Assembly (NCBI GenBank): GCA_963794945.1
Contig: CAWCFT010000018.1
Span: forward strand, 3,479-67,478
Source of the DNA: Endomicrobiales bacterium
Lineage (GTDB): Bacteria; Elusimicrobiota; Endomicrobiia; Endomicrobiales; CAWCFT01
DNA: 64,000 nt
Direction of reading: 5' to 3'
In this document: one piece after another, positions 26,535 through 40,200 of the stretch
Position numbering within the stretch: the first letter of the stretch is position 1
Layout of the letters: the number at the start of each line of letters is the position of its first letter
The notes under the pieces: generated by a model
Databases searched by the model: none
What the model saw: only the letters and a program-made list of their open reading frames with translations
What the model was told of the DNA's origin: nothing
Program-made: the position numbers and the translations under genes

Positions 26535-28259
26535 GTGCTTGGCTATGAGAAATTTTACGAATCCCTGCCGGGATCTTTCCGGGATATGCTGCCCAAGCCG
26601 TACAAGCCGCTTCATATAGTCCCGGAAGAACGCGAAATATTCCCAGTTTCATATAATACGCAGGCGGTAGGTTATGTACCGGTAATCCCTCCAAACGCGT
26701 ACAACGCTCTTTCTGATTCTGTCTTTAAAAGAACAATTGACGGCCTGATGCGGGAGATCAATGACCCGTTCAGTGAACTTGGAAGAGAAAGGCAAAGTAT
26801 AATCACTAAAAGCGGCTTATCTCTGGAAGAATACAAAAGATTCATGCTGTGGCAGGGAAGGCAAAAGGGTATCCGCGGAACCAAGACTTTTTCGTATGTT
26901 GGCGGGTTTAATTCATTCAGGCCGTTCGCTGAATCCGAAGCTATTACCGATGTATATTCAATGGGGCTTGAATATTTTGGAAATGCAACAGATTTAATTG
27001 GAGCTTGCAAATCAAATTATACCGGAAAGGCCTATGTATTGTCAGGAATGCAGTATGAAACATATGATCCAGTAAATCAATACCGTTATCATAAGGCGCC
27101 GGGAATCATGGCGATCGCTAAGATCATTTCGTGGCTGGGTGGGAGTATAGAGGGCCTGTATTATTTTGACATAAATGAGAAAGGAGAGTTCGGTTTCCTT
27201 AACAAAGACGAAGCCATATCCGGCGACAAGCACAACGCGGTAATTGAATTTACCGTTGGCGGCACAACAAAACGTTTCTGGTACACACAGCAAGACATTT
27301 ATACAATGACAGATAATTTTAAGCGCTATATGGGCAGAGTCGAGTTCGATAATTTTCTGATAACCGGACTAAACGGCCTTTTTATTTACATACTTCTAAA
27401 GTCTATGGGTGAACATTCAAAAGCGACTATAGAGGAACAGATGGCTCCCGCGGTCAGGAATAACGCGCTTGTAACAACAAACGCTTCCCGACCCTATGGC
27501 CGCGAACCTAATCCAATATGGCAAAAGGGGTATCCGGTACAGGTAATACCTCTTGAGCCCGGGCAGAAGTACGGTTACAGTGATGGAAATGCAGAACATG
27601 AAAATGCAGAACGTGGAGGAAATATATTTTTCGGCAATGCCGAAGGCCTGGTCGGCTCATCCTGGCGGCCGGCTGGTAACGATGGCAACATTTTCAGCGC
27701 CTTAAGCATAGCGGCAGAAGAGGCGCTCAACCTGACCGGCACCGCACTGGAACAGCAACTGCAAAACATATCCGTTGAACTGGGAATGCTTGCAACCGAA
27801 CATTTTACCCCAAACGCATATATAGGAGCGCTCAAACAAACATTTATTGAAAAAGGCCGGGCATTCGGTATAAACTCCGGTAATATTATTGTCAAGCCCA
27901 TCACGAAGTTTGAGCAGTTCAGGGACGCTGACGGCGGCATCCGGCTTTCAGTTTCGCGCCTTGCGCTGGAAAATGGAAAATACGTGCTTTATATACATCA
28001 GGGTTTTTTAAATGCCTTGTTTTCAATGAGTGATGAACAACAAAAGACAATATGGGAGCAGTACAAATGCGGCCCTCCGGAAGCCTTCGCGGTAGAAGAA
28101 CTTCAGGAATTAGCTGAGATACAGAAATTGGTCCAGCAAGGCACGCCCTTCGATAAAGCCTACGAGCAGTACCACGCATTTAACCCGCATAATGATATTT
28201 TCACTATTCTTAGCCGCGCGTCTCGCGAAAAAAGAAACGCTAATATTAAAAAACCATAA
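26535..28259 (+). CDS. Giant gene B, segment 3 (repeats Z1 and Y1)
   Basis: 574-codon ORF. Its frame is already open upstream of the called GTG start (LKTVAREIVLGYEKFYESLP). That stretch matches LKAIAREVVLWYGKFYQLSMP, which precedes X1 inside segment 2. Confidence 0.9.
   Translation: MLGYEKFYESLPGSFRDMLPKPYKPLHIVPEEREIFPVSYNTQAVGYVPVIPPNAYNALSDSVFKRTIDGLMREINDPFSELGRERQSIITKSGLSLEEYKRFMLWQGRQKGIRGTKTFSYVGGFNSFRPFAESEAITDVYSMGLEYFGNATDLIGACKSNYTGKAYVLSGMQYETYDPVNQYRYHKAPGIMAIAKIISWLGGSIEGLYYFDINEKGEFGFLNKDEAISGDKHNAVIEFTVGGTTKRFWYTQQDIYTMTDNFKRYMGRVEFDNFLITGLNGLFIYILLKSMGEHSKATIEEQMAPAVRNNALVTTNASRPYGREPNPIWQKGYPVQVIPLEPGQKYGYSDGNAEHENAERGGNIFFGNAEGLVGSSWRPAGNDGNIFSALSIAAEEALNLTGTALEQQLQNISVELGMLATEHFTPNAYIGALKQTFIEKGRAFGINSGNIIVKPITKFEQFRDADGGIRLSVSRLALENGKYVLYIHQGFLNALFSMSDEQQKTIWEQYKCGPPEAFAVEELQELAEIQKLVQQGTPFDKAYEQYHAFNPHNDIFTILSRASREKRNANIKKP
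26680..27689 (+). repeat. Protein-level repeat Z, copy 1
   Basis: VIPPNAYNALSDSVFKRTIDGLMREINDPFS..FMLWQGRQKGIRG..FNSFRPFAESEAITDVYS..APGIMAIAKIISWLGGSIEGLYYFD..HNAVIEFTVGGTTKRFWYTQ..FDNFLITGLNG.. Confidence 0.85.
27690..28205 (+). repeat. Protein-level repeat Y, copy 1
   Basis: IFSALSIAAEEALNLTGTALEQQLQ..IVKPITKFEQFRDADGGIRLSVSR..KYVLYIHQGFLNALFSMSDEQQ..CGPPEAFAVEELQELAEIQKLVQQG..AYEQYHAFNPH. It shares an identical 27-nt run (gcagaagaggcgctcaacctgaccggc) with Y2. Confidence 0.9.
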
Positions 28260-31200
28260 CACCGGAAACAATATGGGGCTAATAACTGGCGGACAAAATG
28301 ATGACATTTTAAGCCGTTGCATAGAAAATAACGGAGAAAACCTCTCGTTTCCTTTTTTAAAGAAATTGCTTTATTACATGACAGGTTTTTCTATCGCGGG
28401 AACGGGCGCCGTCAGCGATGTCCCCGAAACAATTAACAACATTCCTTCACAGATAAAAAAAGAGGATGCAAGAATAGCCCTGTTTTGTCAAACACTGGAC
28501 GGTAAAAACACATACGGCATGCCGACGCTTCAGAATATGGCAACTGCCGGTGAAATCCTTAACAGCAAAGAGCAGTGTTACGCTGGAGTTGTTTGGCAGG
28601 GAGAAGAACGGAATGAATTATATATCGTTGCGGTTCCTGTTTCTGAAACAAATATCTACAACTTACAGCTGGGGATTCTTGGCCAGTACTTGATAACTAT
28701 TGCAAAATTTGAGAGAACGCAGAAAAATATGAGCTCAACTGAAATTTCAGCCGTCAAACAGAATATATTCGCGGCTGCTTCAAGCGTATTGTCACAAATG
28801 GGCACCCGCGCTTACTCTCTTACAATTGACCCGCAAAACGGCACGGCTATAAAACCTTTTCCGCTGGAAAGCCTCGTTAGTGTTATTTACGAGTCAAGCG
28901 TAAGGCAGTCTCTCATGGGAATGTTCAAAAAGATGCAAGAAAGCACTTCCGAACAAGCGCTTTCAAAACTCCAGGGCCCTACCGCGGATGAAGGCGATGT
29001 GCTGAGCGTGATGCTGATTAATTTTACCAGAAACAAAGATCGTTTATTGGAACAATCGTGCTATCGTACATACAAGGAAATCGTGGATGACATGTTCAAG
29101 CAATATCAGTATTTTGAAATTCATGCGTATTACGCTTACATTGCGCAAATTGTAGCCAAGCACTGTGAAAAATCTGATCTGCCCGCGAATTTAAAAAAGC
29201 AATTTAAAGATATTATCCTGTCAACGTTCTTTGATAAGAACGGCAAAGCATTGAAGCCTTATCTCGCGGTAGCTCCAGAGTATTATGTTCTTAACAAATT
29301 GGCCGAGGCGGATATACTGGTTTTAAGAGAACGTGTTAAAACGCTTAAAGGGCCCACTCTCAGGTCAGGCCAAATATTAAATGTTCTTGAGATACTTGAC
29401 GAGATGGATAGCAAGGACCTGCAAAAAGTCATTATAGTATTAGAAGACGCAATGATATGGATAGATTTTCTGAGCATTGCAGGAGACAGTTTTAATGTCA
29501 ACATGGATGTGATGCTCCCAAACTGGTGCCTGCAGTATTTTATAAAAAACGGCACGGACATAAACAGTAACAACCTGCAGACTTATGAATATGCCATATA
29601 TGCAACAGCAAGACTTATTGCTGCCGTGCGGTATGATGAAAATAACCACAAACGCAGCCCTGAAGGCCTGGAAACAATACTCAGCTATATAAAGCTAAAA
29701 GCCAGATACCAATTAATAGCACAGCAACAAAAGCAAAACAGCGGCAATTCAGATAATTTATTCAGCGCCTTAAGCGTAGTAGCAGAAGAGGCGCTCAACC
29801 TGACCGGCGGCGCGCTGGAACAGGAACTTCAGAAAATATCTGTCAAAATAGGCAGGCTTTTTTCCTGGCATTTTGCCGTAAATTCACACGCGGAAGCCCT
29901 CAAACAGATGTTTATTGACAAAGGCCGGGCATACGGTATAAATGCTGATAATATTATTATCAAGCCCATCACAAAATTTGAACAATTCACTGACGCTAAA
30001 GGCAAAACCAGGCTTTCTGTTTCACGCTTTGTGCCGGAGGACGGCAAGTATGTGCTTTACATACACCAGCGCTTTCTGGATGCCCTGTTTTCAATGACTG
30101 AAGAACAGAAGAATGATATTTATGAGCAATACCACTGCGGCCCTCCGGAAACCTTCGCGATAGAAGAGGTTCAGGAATTCGCGGAAATACAGAAATTAGT
30201 CCAACTGGGCGTGTCCTTCGATAAAGCCTACGAGCAGTACCACACAGCTAACCCCCACCACAATGTTTTTACCGAAACCGCTTTGCAAACAGCGGCAAAG
30301 CAGATAGACGTATTGAAGCGGTGCATAGAAAATAATAAAAATAACCTGGCTCTTCCATTAAGAAAACTGCGGTATTATTCAACCGGTTTTTCTATTTCTG
30401 ATTCAGGCGAAGTCAGCGATGTACCCGAAACAGTTAACGGCATACCCTGGCAGATTGATATACCTGACGCAAGGGTAGCCCTGTTTTGGCAAAAACTGGA
30501 CGGCAAAGATAAATTCGGCATGCCGACACCCGCTGATATTTTAACTGCCGCTGGAAGCCTTGCGGGCAAAGAGCCGCGTTATGCGGGAGTTGTTTGGCAA
30601 AAGGAAGCTCAGGGTAATTTATATATCGTTGTAGTTCCTGTTTCCGCAAACAATAACTACGAAAGCGCGCTGAGAACGCTTAGCAAATACCTGTCAGATA
30701 TCGCAGCTTTTGAAGGACAAGAGAAAGTAATTAATTCAGCCGATCCCTTCCCTGAAGAGCAAGATGCATATATGCTTGCCAGTATGCTACTGTCGCAAAT
30801 GGGCGCCCGGGCCTACTCTGTTACGATTGACCCGGAAAACGGCGCGGCTATAACCCCCATGTCACAAGAAAGCCTGGTGCGCGCTTTTTACAAACCAAGC
30901 GAGGAACAGACTGACTCAGAACAACCCGATAAGAGGCAAACAAATATTTCGGAAAAAACTCTCTTTAACCTTCGGGGCCCGCACACTGACGAAGGCGATT
31001 TACTGGGTGTCCTGCTGCTTAGTTTTACTAAGAATACAGGCCTATTGCTGGAGGAACCGTGCTTTGTAATTTACAAAGATATCTTGACGGACACGATAAA
31101 ACAAAAAATATATATTGACATCCACGAAGACTATTCGTCCGTCGAAAAAATTGTAGACAGGCGCTGTGATGAATCCGTCCTGCCGGCAAATTTAAAAAGG

Positions 31201-34200
31201 CTGTTGAAAGAGATTATTCTGTCAACATTGTTTGATAAGAACGCCAAGGCATTAGAGCCTAAAGTTCGCGCAAACGCGTGGGTTTATGTTCAAAACAAAT
31301 TGGCCGAAGCCGACTTGCGTATTTTAAGGGAACGCATAAAAATACTTAAAGGGCCGTCGGTCAAATCAGGTAAAATGCTAAATGTTCTTAATGCGCTTGA
31401 TGCTATGGACAACTTTGACATTCAAAAAACCAACGTAATCTTATCTCAAGCTAAGGATTTATTAGACATATTGCAGAATAAATATGGAAATACTTTTAAT
31501 AATAGCGTAGAAGATACGTTGAAATTATGGTGCATACAAAACAGCAAGATAAGCTCTGCGGCAGGCATCGATAATAACTTTGAAGCGCATTTTGATGCGG
31601 CAATTATATTTGCAAAACTGATTATAGCGGTGTGGTATGACGAAAACAACACCAAACGCAGCCCTGAAGATATGCAAACAATACTCAGCTACTTACAGAT
31701 TAAGGGCAGGCTGCAATTAATATCACAGCAGCATAGCAAGGAACAAGTCAAAGAAAACGAGCAGGGACAGGACACATCCAATCATCTGGGTATCGGCCTT
31801 GAAGCAATTATCTGGGCCGCTCAAGGTATATTAACTATAATGCCCGGTGTAGAGCAGTCGGCGCTGACAGCTGTTGAACTCGCAAAGTCTATTATCAGAG
31901 GAGCAGTGATCGTTTCGAACAGCGGCGGCTTCGCCCGCGAATCAACCTATACGCTTGATCAGATTGTCCCTGAGCTGGCGCGCGACATAGAGTATTACAA
32001 CACACTCTGCCCAGTCAACGGTTTAAGGCTTTCAAAAGTGAAAGTTCTTGAATCGAAGTCTGACTATATAGCCACCAATGACAGCCTTGGTTTCGCCAGC
32101 ATGGAAACTCTGGCTTTTGACGAAGAGACAATGACAGTAAAAACAGCCGACAATAAGGGTAATCTCAAGACACTTACGGACCGCCTGCGCCACGAGTTTA
32201 ACGAGAATATGGCCATGAATATTGAAGGTTCGGTTCAATTCGCGGCTTTGAACTATTTCCTGGTCAAATCCCATGTAGCCAAACCCCACATGCCGAGGGG
32301 CAACTTGAGCGGGGAAGAGCTGATAAACTGCTGGCACGCGTGTGAAAGCGACATTGCCGGGAACCAGGACGAGTACAGGGAACTGTTTAAAAACGATAAA
32401 GACCTGGAAGCAATTGAGAGGCTAATCGCTTTCGCGAACGAAGACTCTACAAAGCTGTTAAAAGTTTATAAGTCACTTTCCGAAATTATCGCTGGGCTGG
32501 CAAAATCAGTCCTCGCAAAACCAGTCGTTGTTGACAAAGTTGAAAAGCAGCCGCAAGTCTTCTCCAAATATATTCCAACAATCCCCCCAGGCGCGTTTAA
32601 CGCTCTTACCAGCCCGGAATTCAAAAAGACAATCGACAGCCTGACGCAGGAGGTCAATGACCCGTATAGTAAAGTTGGGATAAAAAGGCAAAGCATCATA
32701 AAACAAAGCGGCCAGCCTCTGGAAAAGTATAAAAAATTTATGCTGTGGCAGGGAGAGCAAAAAGGCGTCCGCGGAAAAGGGATGTTTTCGTGCGCCGGCA
32801 GGTTTAATTCGTTCAGGCCGTTCGCTGAGTCCGAAAATATCACCGATGTTTATTCCAACGGCCCTGAATATTTTGGGAATACAAACGATATTATAGAAGA
32901 ATACAGCGCAAAATACGATGATAGATCCTATATACTTTCAGGGATCCAATATGAAACATATGATGAAGGAAAGGCGGCCTGGCCTAAAAAGGCGCCGGGT
33001 ATAATAGCTATCGCCAAAATCATATCTTGGCTGGGCGGCGCTATAGACGGCGTGTATTATTTTGACGTAGATGAAACGGGCAGATTTAGTTTTGTCAATA
33101 AAAATGAAACCATTTCCGGCAGCAGGCACAACGCGGTAATTGAATTTACAGTAAACGGCGTGAAAAAGCGATTCTGGTATACGCAGCTGGATGCCAAAGC
33201 GTTGACAGATAATAATAAACGCTATATAGACAGAATCGGGTTCGACAATTTCCTGGTAACCGGCCTCAACGGGTCTATAATGTATGCTGACGATAATGGA
33301 GTGCGGGATTATGACGACCTGTTAAAAATCCGGTCAAAAAACACTGGTGAACAAGAGAGATCAAAGACAATAATAGAGCTGCAAATGGCTGCAGCGGTCA
33401 GAAACGGAGCGCTTGTAACAATAGATGTTTATAAGTTCGAAGGCGAAACGGCTTATCGTCTATGCTACAGAGGCTATCCGGTAAAAACGATATTGCTTAA
33501 ACCCGGTCAAAATTACGGCTATAACACCGGAAAGGCTGGAGGGAAAATATATTTCCTCCGCAATGCCGAAGGCTTGATAGGCTCACAATGGCGGCGCAAC
33601 GACATCAACCTCAATGACAAGCCTAATATATTAAGACAAACACTGATGTTTTTATTGATACCTTTTTTCGCTTTTAACTCATACTTCCCGCAGCTAAAAG
33701 CAGCTCCGCATGATACCGCAGTAACGAGCAAGCTGTCTGCGGCATATCTGTACAGGGCAAGCGCCGGAAAGGCTATTGACTGGCTTGCGCGTGGTTCGGA
33801 ATACGCGCGTATGAAAGGATTCCTGCAAAGGTATTTTGATATCGAGAACCCTGCCGCTGATATGCAGGCATTGATCAAACGCGCATCGCGCGGGTTTGAC
33901 AGCGACATGGAAACCCGGGCGGTTGACCTTATCAACAAAATGAGAAAAGCCGTACCTGACGGTTTTGTTTTTTCGAAGCTTGGCGCGGGCGATTTTTCGC
34001 TATTGATGCACATTCTCAGGAACCCTGAACTTGAAATTCTACTATTTGATAGGGAAACGCTTGAAGTGTATTTATCAGAGAATATTATAGGAGGCGTCCC
34101 CGCCGCGCAATTGTCTAATTTGCAGATGCTTCGTATATATCTGATCTCCGAAGCACTAAGCGATTATGCCCCGGTCTCAACACAGGACTCGCTCGCAAGA

Positions 34201-37200
34201 ATCATCTACAAAAATATGCAGGAAACTGACAAAGGCAATAAGAACGGCATATCGGGCAGGGCTGTTTTTGAGCAGGGAAATATAGGTTTTCATGAGGGAA
34301 ACCTCAACTTTGGTGAACAAGGGGAAATATTTTCACCTGATATTTTGTGCGCTTTAGATATAGATGTTCCTGATTCGGCAGCAGCAGGAATAAGCGAGCT
34401 TCCACGCCTGGTTATTAAAACTCTCGGGCATCCCTACGGTTATGACGAAGTTATTGATGTCAACAGCCTAAAGGCCGCCGTTATCATAAGCGGCAAGGAT
34501 GAATCGGGACAGCCTTACAGCATAAATCTGGGAGAGCGTATTTTGTCATGCGATGAGAACAGATCTGCTCCTGCAGAGCAGCCGGAGCCTGAAGAAGATA
34601 CAACTTACCCTGCAATAGATCATATCGCTGCAACCGGCAACCATCTGGGTATCGGCGGCGAAGTTGTTCTCGGGGCCGTTAATATCATAACCGATTCGAT
34701 TTTGGAAATTTTTATGCAGCTGCCCGGAGCGGCCGAGGCGCAGTTAACCGCCGCCCAGCTGGTTCAGGAATTAACGGATTCGTTCATAAAAAGAACGAGC
34801 CATGAGGAATTTTATCCCGCTAAATACTACTTGCCCGAAGAACTTGATACCAAACTTGCCCGAGATATAGAATACTATAACTCGTTCCGCCCGGACGGCG
34901 GTGAAAAACTTGAGAAAATATCGGTTGTCGAATCGAAAACGGGATATATCGCAGCTGAAAATGGGCTCGGTTTTGCCAGCATGGAAAACCTTGCTTTCGA
35001 TAAGAATACAGTTATTATTAAAACGGCTTACAATAACGACCGCGCAAAAACACTGGCCATGCGGATAAGGCATGAGATCAATGAGAATATGGCAAGGAAC
35101 GTCGCGGGCTCCGTGCAGTTTACAGCGCTGGACCATTTCCTTGCCAAAGCCCACCGAGCCCGGGACAGCCTGAGTAATGACGAGCTGACAAATCACTGGC
35201 ACGAGTGTGAAAAGGATATTGCTGGTAACCAGGATGAATACAAAGCGCTTTTCAAAACTGCGCAGGATACAATAGCTATTGACCGGCTTATCAGTTTTAC
35301 CCTGAAAGACCTCAAACAGCTCAAAAAGTCCGGCAAATCCATACCTAAAATCTTCGCAAAATTTATCCGGTTTTTCCTTGAGAGCAGGCGGATAGAGCTC
35401 CCCGATGAAATATCCGCGGCTATAACATCCAAAATTATTGATTACTTCGATAGCTTAAAACCATCTGTAAAACCGCCCGCCGAGATGAAGCTTGGTGAAT
35501 TTGCCGATCCCGCCGATCTTTATTCAGCGATGAAAGCGGCAATCGCGAAAAACGCTGCAATAAAAGGAAAATCATTCGATTTTGCTTTGCTTGACAAGGC
35601 ATACAAGCTTGTGATCGATGAGCATGGAACCCCGGACCAGCGCCGCGGTGACGGGCGGCCGTATTATTTCCATCCCCTTGAAATAGCATACTACATATCG
35701 GTTGACCTGGAAAAAACCAATCAAAACCTTATTCTAGCGGCTCTTTTGCATGATATAGTAGAAGATGATACATCTATTTCATATGATGACATACCAAAAT
35801 TGTTTAATAAAGATGTCGCTGATATCGTAGATGACCTGACACATAATGACAACCTCAGCAAAAACAAGGGACGGCTGTACAAGCGCCTTGAACACATAAA
35901 TCGTATATTGACGAAAAGCAACAAAGACAGCATCTTGATAAAGGCTGCCGACCGCCTGCACAACCTGTTAACCGATGCAAGGGCTCCTCATCCAAAAGCC
36001 GGATATATGGACCTTATTGAAACACAACAGTGGATGAAATTTGTCATGCGGCCTGAGGTTCCCGGGCCATTAAGAAGACAACTTCTGTTATTGTTAGAGT
36101 CAAAACTCAATGACCAGATAATCAATGAGCCTCTGTCTCCGGAAGCCGCTGCGGCCACCGGAAGTACGGTAACAAACCTTTTGCCGGGAGAAACAGCTGA
36201 TTACTTACAAAAGTTAACCGCTTTCGCTGACGAATACCAGCTCCTTCGCACACTGATCCCTGTAAAATCCAATGAGAATAACGAAATACAGCTGGCGAGT
36301 GCTGGCGGCATGCAGTGGCCTGAGCTTACTAAAAAGCTAAACCATTTTAGTTGTCAGGCAACCATTATAGACCGGAATGTTATCGCGCCATATGAACAGC
36401 CCGGCCTGATAGACGCTCATTCCGCTTTATCAAGATTGATCGGCTACGGAGTTGAGAGTTTCGATAAATACCGCGCGGTTTACTACGCGGCGCAAAACAC
36501 CGACTTTTTAAATGCTCTTAAGGGTTACACGTTTGAAACATTCCCCTGGCAAAAGCTCTGGGGCCCTTATTTTAAAGAGGCATCAATAGCCTGGGCAGTC
36601 AGAAACCTTATCGGCACCTCGGCGGCATTTGAAGAGTTTAAAGTGTTAGCAAGAGACTCGGCTCTCATTCGGCTTATCAATTCTGAGTCAAGAAACAGGA
36701 GGCTCTATTTTGATTCCGAGATCCTCTATGTGGACGGTGTTTATACGATACCCGTCGCGTCGATTAAACCACTCCCCGCTGAAAAAATAGTTATCTTAAC
36801 ACCTCTGGGCCCTTCTTCCCGCCAGGTTTGTATTGAGCCTGTACTGCTGCGGCTGGGTAAATTTCTACGGGAACGCGGCTGGAATCTACATGTCAACTGG
36901 GGCTCGATGCCGGCAGGCTACGATGGTTTCAGCATTGCAGGTGCCCAGGGTATTTTCGATAATAACGCAAATATTCCGGCCGGTAATATTACTCCAGCCC
37001 ATTTGGAGGAAATAAACCGGCTCAAGAACGTTTCAGAAGAATCAAAGGGAACTCCTTATACATTTCAGCCGGATTTTTTCTACCCAAGTTACTTCGCCAA
37101 TGAAATGCCGCGGGCGATACTTGCCAACTTTGCCGAGCTTATGGACCATGTCCAGTTCGCCTTCGCGGACAGCTCAAGGCTTCCAGCCGCAGGATTCACC

Positions 37201-40200
37201 ATTAAAGATCACGAACCCGTTGAGATAGATGGTTCCATAATTGAAGTGCCGGGCAAAGCCCGCGCTAAGATAACAGTCACAACTACTATAACAATTTCCC
37301 AAGATATATCGTTCGTTCAGATGTTGAGTCTTGTAACCGCGCTTTATCAGGATATGCTCGACAACAGCCGGGAGAAGAGCGCACACTACAGAGAGCTGCT
37401 GCGCGGAAAGATCAAAGACGTTGAAAACATAGCGAAAAATATTATTTACGCTGCAAATTATCTTGAAACTTTGAAATCCGTATGGCCGGAAACACTCGGG
37501 CTTGATACCGGTAAGTCAGCTGAATTCACAGGGTATCTAGACCAAATGATAAGTGGTTTCCGTAAGCTTACTAAAGGATACAAAATACGATCGGCAGATC
37601 CTTTGCAAGCGCAGAAGGAGATAGCCGAGAACTGGCTTGGCGTTGACCAGGCCTGGCTAGATTCCATTATAAAACGTTTCCCCAAAGAAAATCGGCTGGG
37701 AGCTGTTAAAACTCTGTTTGCCGCGAATCAGAGCCGATGGGAGCGCAGCATCGCTTACGAAATGGCCGCGCCAGCCCGTGAACTTGATGCCGCTGTATTG
37801 GAAAAAGGCGGCAGGCTGCTTGATACGATAAAAAGCAAGCCGTCACTAACACGGAGCATAATAGCATTGATTTACGGTTTATTTAAGCCGGGATATAAAA
37901 TGCCTGAAACCTTGCTCGAGGAGATCGATGAAGCGGTTGCCGATAAAACCAGAGGTATGGATAAAACCAGCCCTGCGTTCGCAAAAACACTGATGTCTAT
38001 TGTTGAGAACAGGGTGCACAAATATTATGATATGTTGCTTTTTAGCGGCAGCGCATTCAATAGTTCTAGTTTGCGCCTGTTTGCGGCAGAGCTTGGCGTT
38101 AACCCGCAAGTCCTTGCAAAGGTGTATGAAATATCCCCGTCACGCATTGTTGAAACGCGGCATATGGCATGTATTATGCAAAACTACCTGTGCGGCAGGA
38201 TACTTCAGCAAAAAGGATTTCAGGTGTACTGGGCTAATGTACACGAAGACGCAAACAGTGAACAAATTGTTCATTCCGTTATACTTGCAAAGCTTCCAAG
38301 CGGTCTTTACAGGATCATCGACGCTACCGCTATTAAAGGTTCGGGCGAAATTTCAGCGAATTATCTCGCACCCGGTGAAGTTGAGCAGAGGCTTAAAGAA
38401 TCCCCGGTATTTTCTAAAACACTTAACATCAACAGCCGGTCTCTGCATCACTTAATAAGTGTATTTGCTTTTGAGGAAGGCGCGCGTACAACTATTTATA
38501 ATAACCTTGGGCTGGTAATCAAGGCTCAGAATAAATTCTCGGAAGCCGAAGCGATATTCAAAAATACCAGGATAAATAACGATAATTTCGAGGCTTCTTA
38601 TAACCTCGGGAATTTATATTTCAACCGGGCGCGCTTCGATGAGGCTGAAACTGCCTACAAAAATTCGTTAACAGTGTATCCCAAATTTGTTGGAACATGG
38701 AACAACCTGGCTGCTGCGCTGGACGAACAAGGCCAGCCCGATGCAGCTTATATTGCAAACAGTTACAAGTATCGCTGTATAAACGGAGAACTAATTGATA
38801 TTAAGAAGGCCTTTGCCGAGATCGATAATGCAAAGGAGAAAACTCTCCCCGAATTTTCTGCGCCGGATAGTGACGATAATTCACGGACTGGCAAGACCAG
38901 CTCATTTTTTGGCGTTGCCAAGAAGGCACTAATGTACATCTCATCCGTGTTCGCTATGCTGGCGTTTACGGTGCATATATCTAACAACCACATTTTCGAA
39001 ACGACAGTGCCAAACAAAACAATGCCTGCGCTGATAAAAAACACTGCATCTAAACAAACTGCTGCCGTTTCCACAATTAACGAAAGAATTAATTCGATCA
39101 ATGCCACTTCTTCAAGCGCAGGCCGGTCACATATAAATCAGCTGTTTTTACACCCAGCCCCGCCCCAATATTTCGCGGACACCTTACCTCGCCAAATGCT
39201 TGCATATTTTGCCGAGCTTATGGACCATGTTCAGTTCATCTTCGCTGAAAACAATGAGCTTCCAGCCTGCGGTTTCATCATTGAAGAACACTCGCCGATC
39301 GAAATAGACGGAACTATAATCGATATGCCTGGAAAAGCCCGCAGAAAGGTCACCGTTAACACCACGATCACAATATCTGATGATATATCATTTGTTCAGA
39401 TGCTGGGCCTTATTACAACGCTTTACCAGCAAATGCTTGACAATAGCCAGGGCAAGCCAGAACAATATAAACAGCTTCTGCATGACAAATTAAATAATAT
39501 CGATAACATCGCAAAGAATTTTATCTATGCCGCTGAATATCTTGACACTGTTAAAAGTTCCTGGCCAGAAAAACTGGGCCTTAACACAACTGAAACCATC
39601 CGGTTTGATAATTACATTGAATATGTTATAAACGGCCTGCGCAAACTGGCTGGAGGTTACGAAATTGCACACCAGGATTCGCTTGCTGTTAAAAAGGCAG
39701 CCGCTGAGGCCTGGCTGAGCATTGACCAGAACTGGCTTGACAGCATACAGAACCGTTTCCCCGAAGATCCGGCTAAACGCTTGGAATTTATTATGTCCCA
39801 GCTCAACGCAAAACAAGACGCCTGGGCCCGCGAAGCCGCGGACGGGCTGGCCTCCCCAGCCCGTGAGCTCAATGCCGCGGTTATGCAAAGAGGCGGGAAC
39901 CTGCTGTTAGACAGCCTTAAGAGTAAAGCCGACCCGGCCAGAACGCTTATACAAGAGATCGATATTAAGATCAAAGAGTTCCAGCCAACGGATCCGGAAT
40001 ATACAAATAAGCTTATATCTATCGTTCAGGACAATGTCAAGCCTTACTTCGACAAGACTCTTTATGATAACAATCCCAAAGCATTCAGCGAAAGTTTACA
40101 AAAGTTATCAACGGATCTCGGTATTAGCCCTCAAACGCTCGCGCTTTTGGGTGAAATATCCCCCACGGAAATTACCGAAACAAACCACATGGTATGTGTG

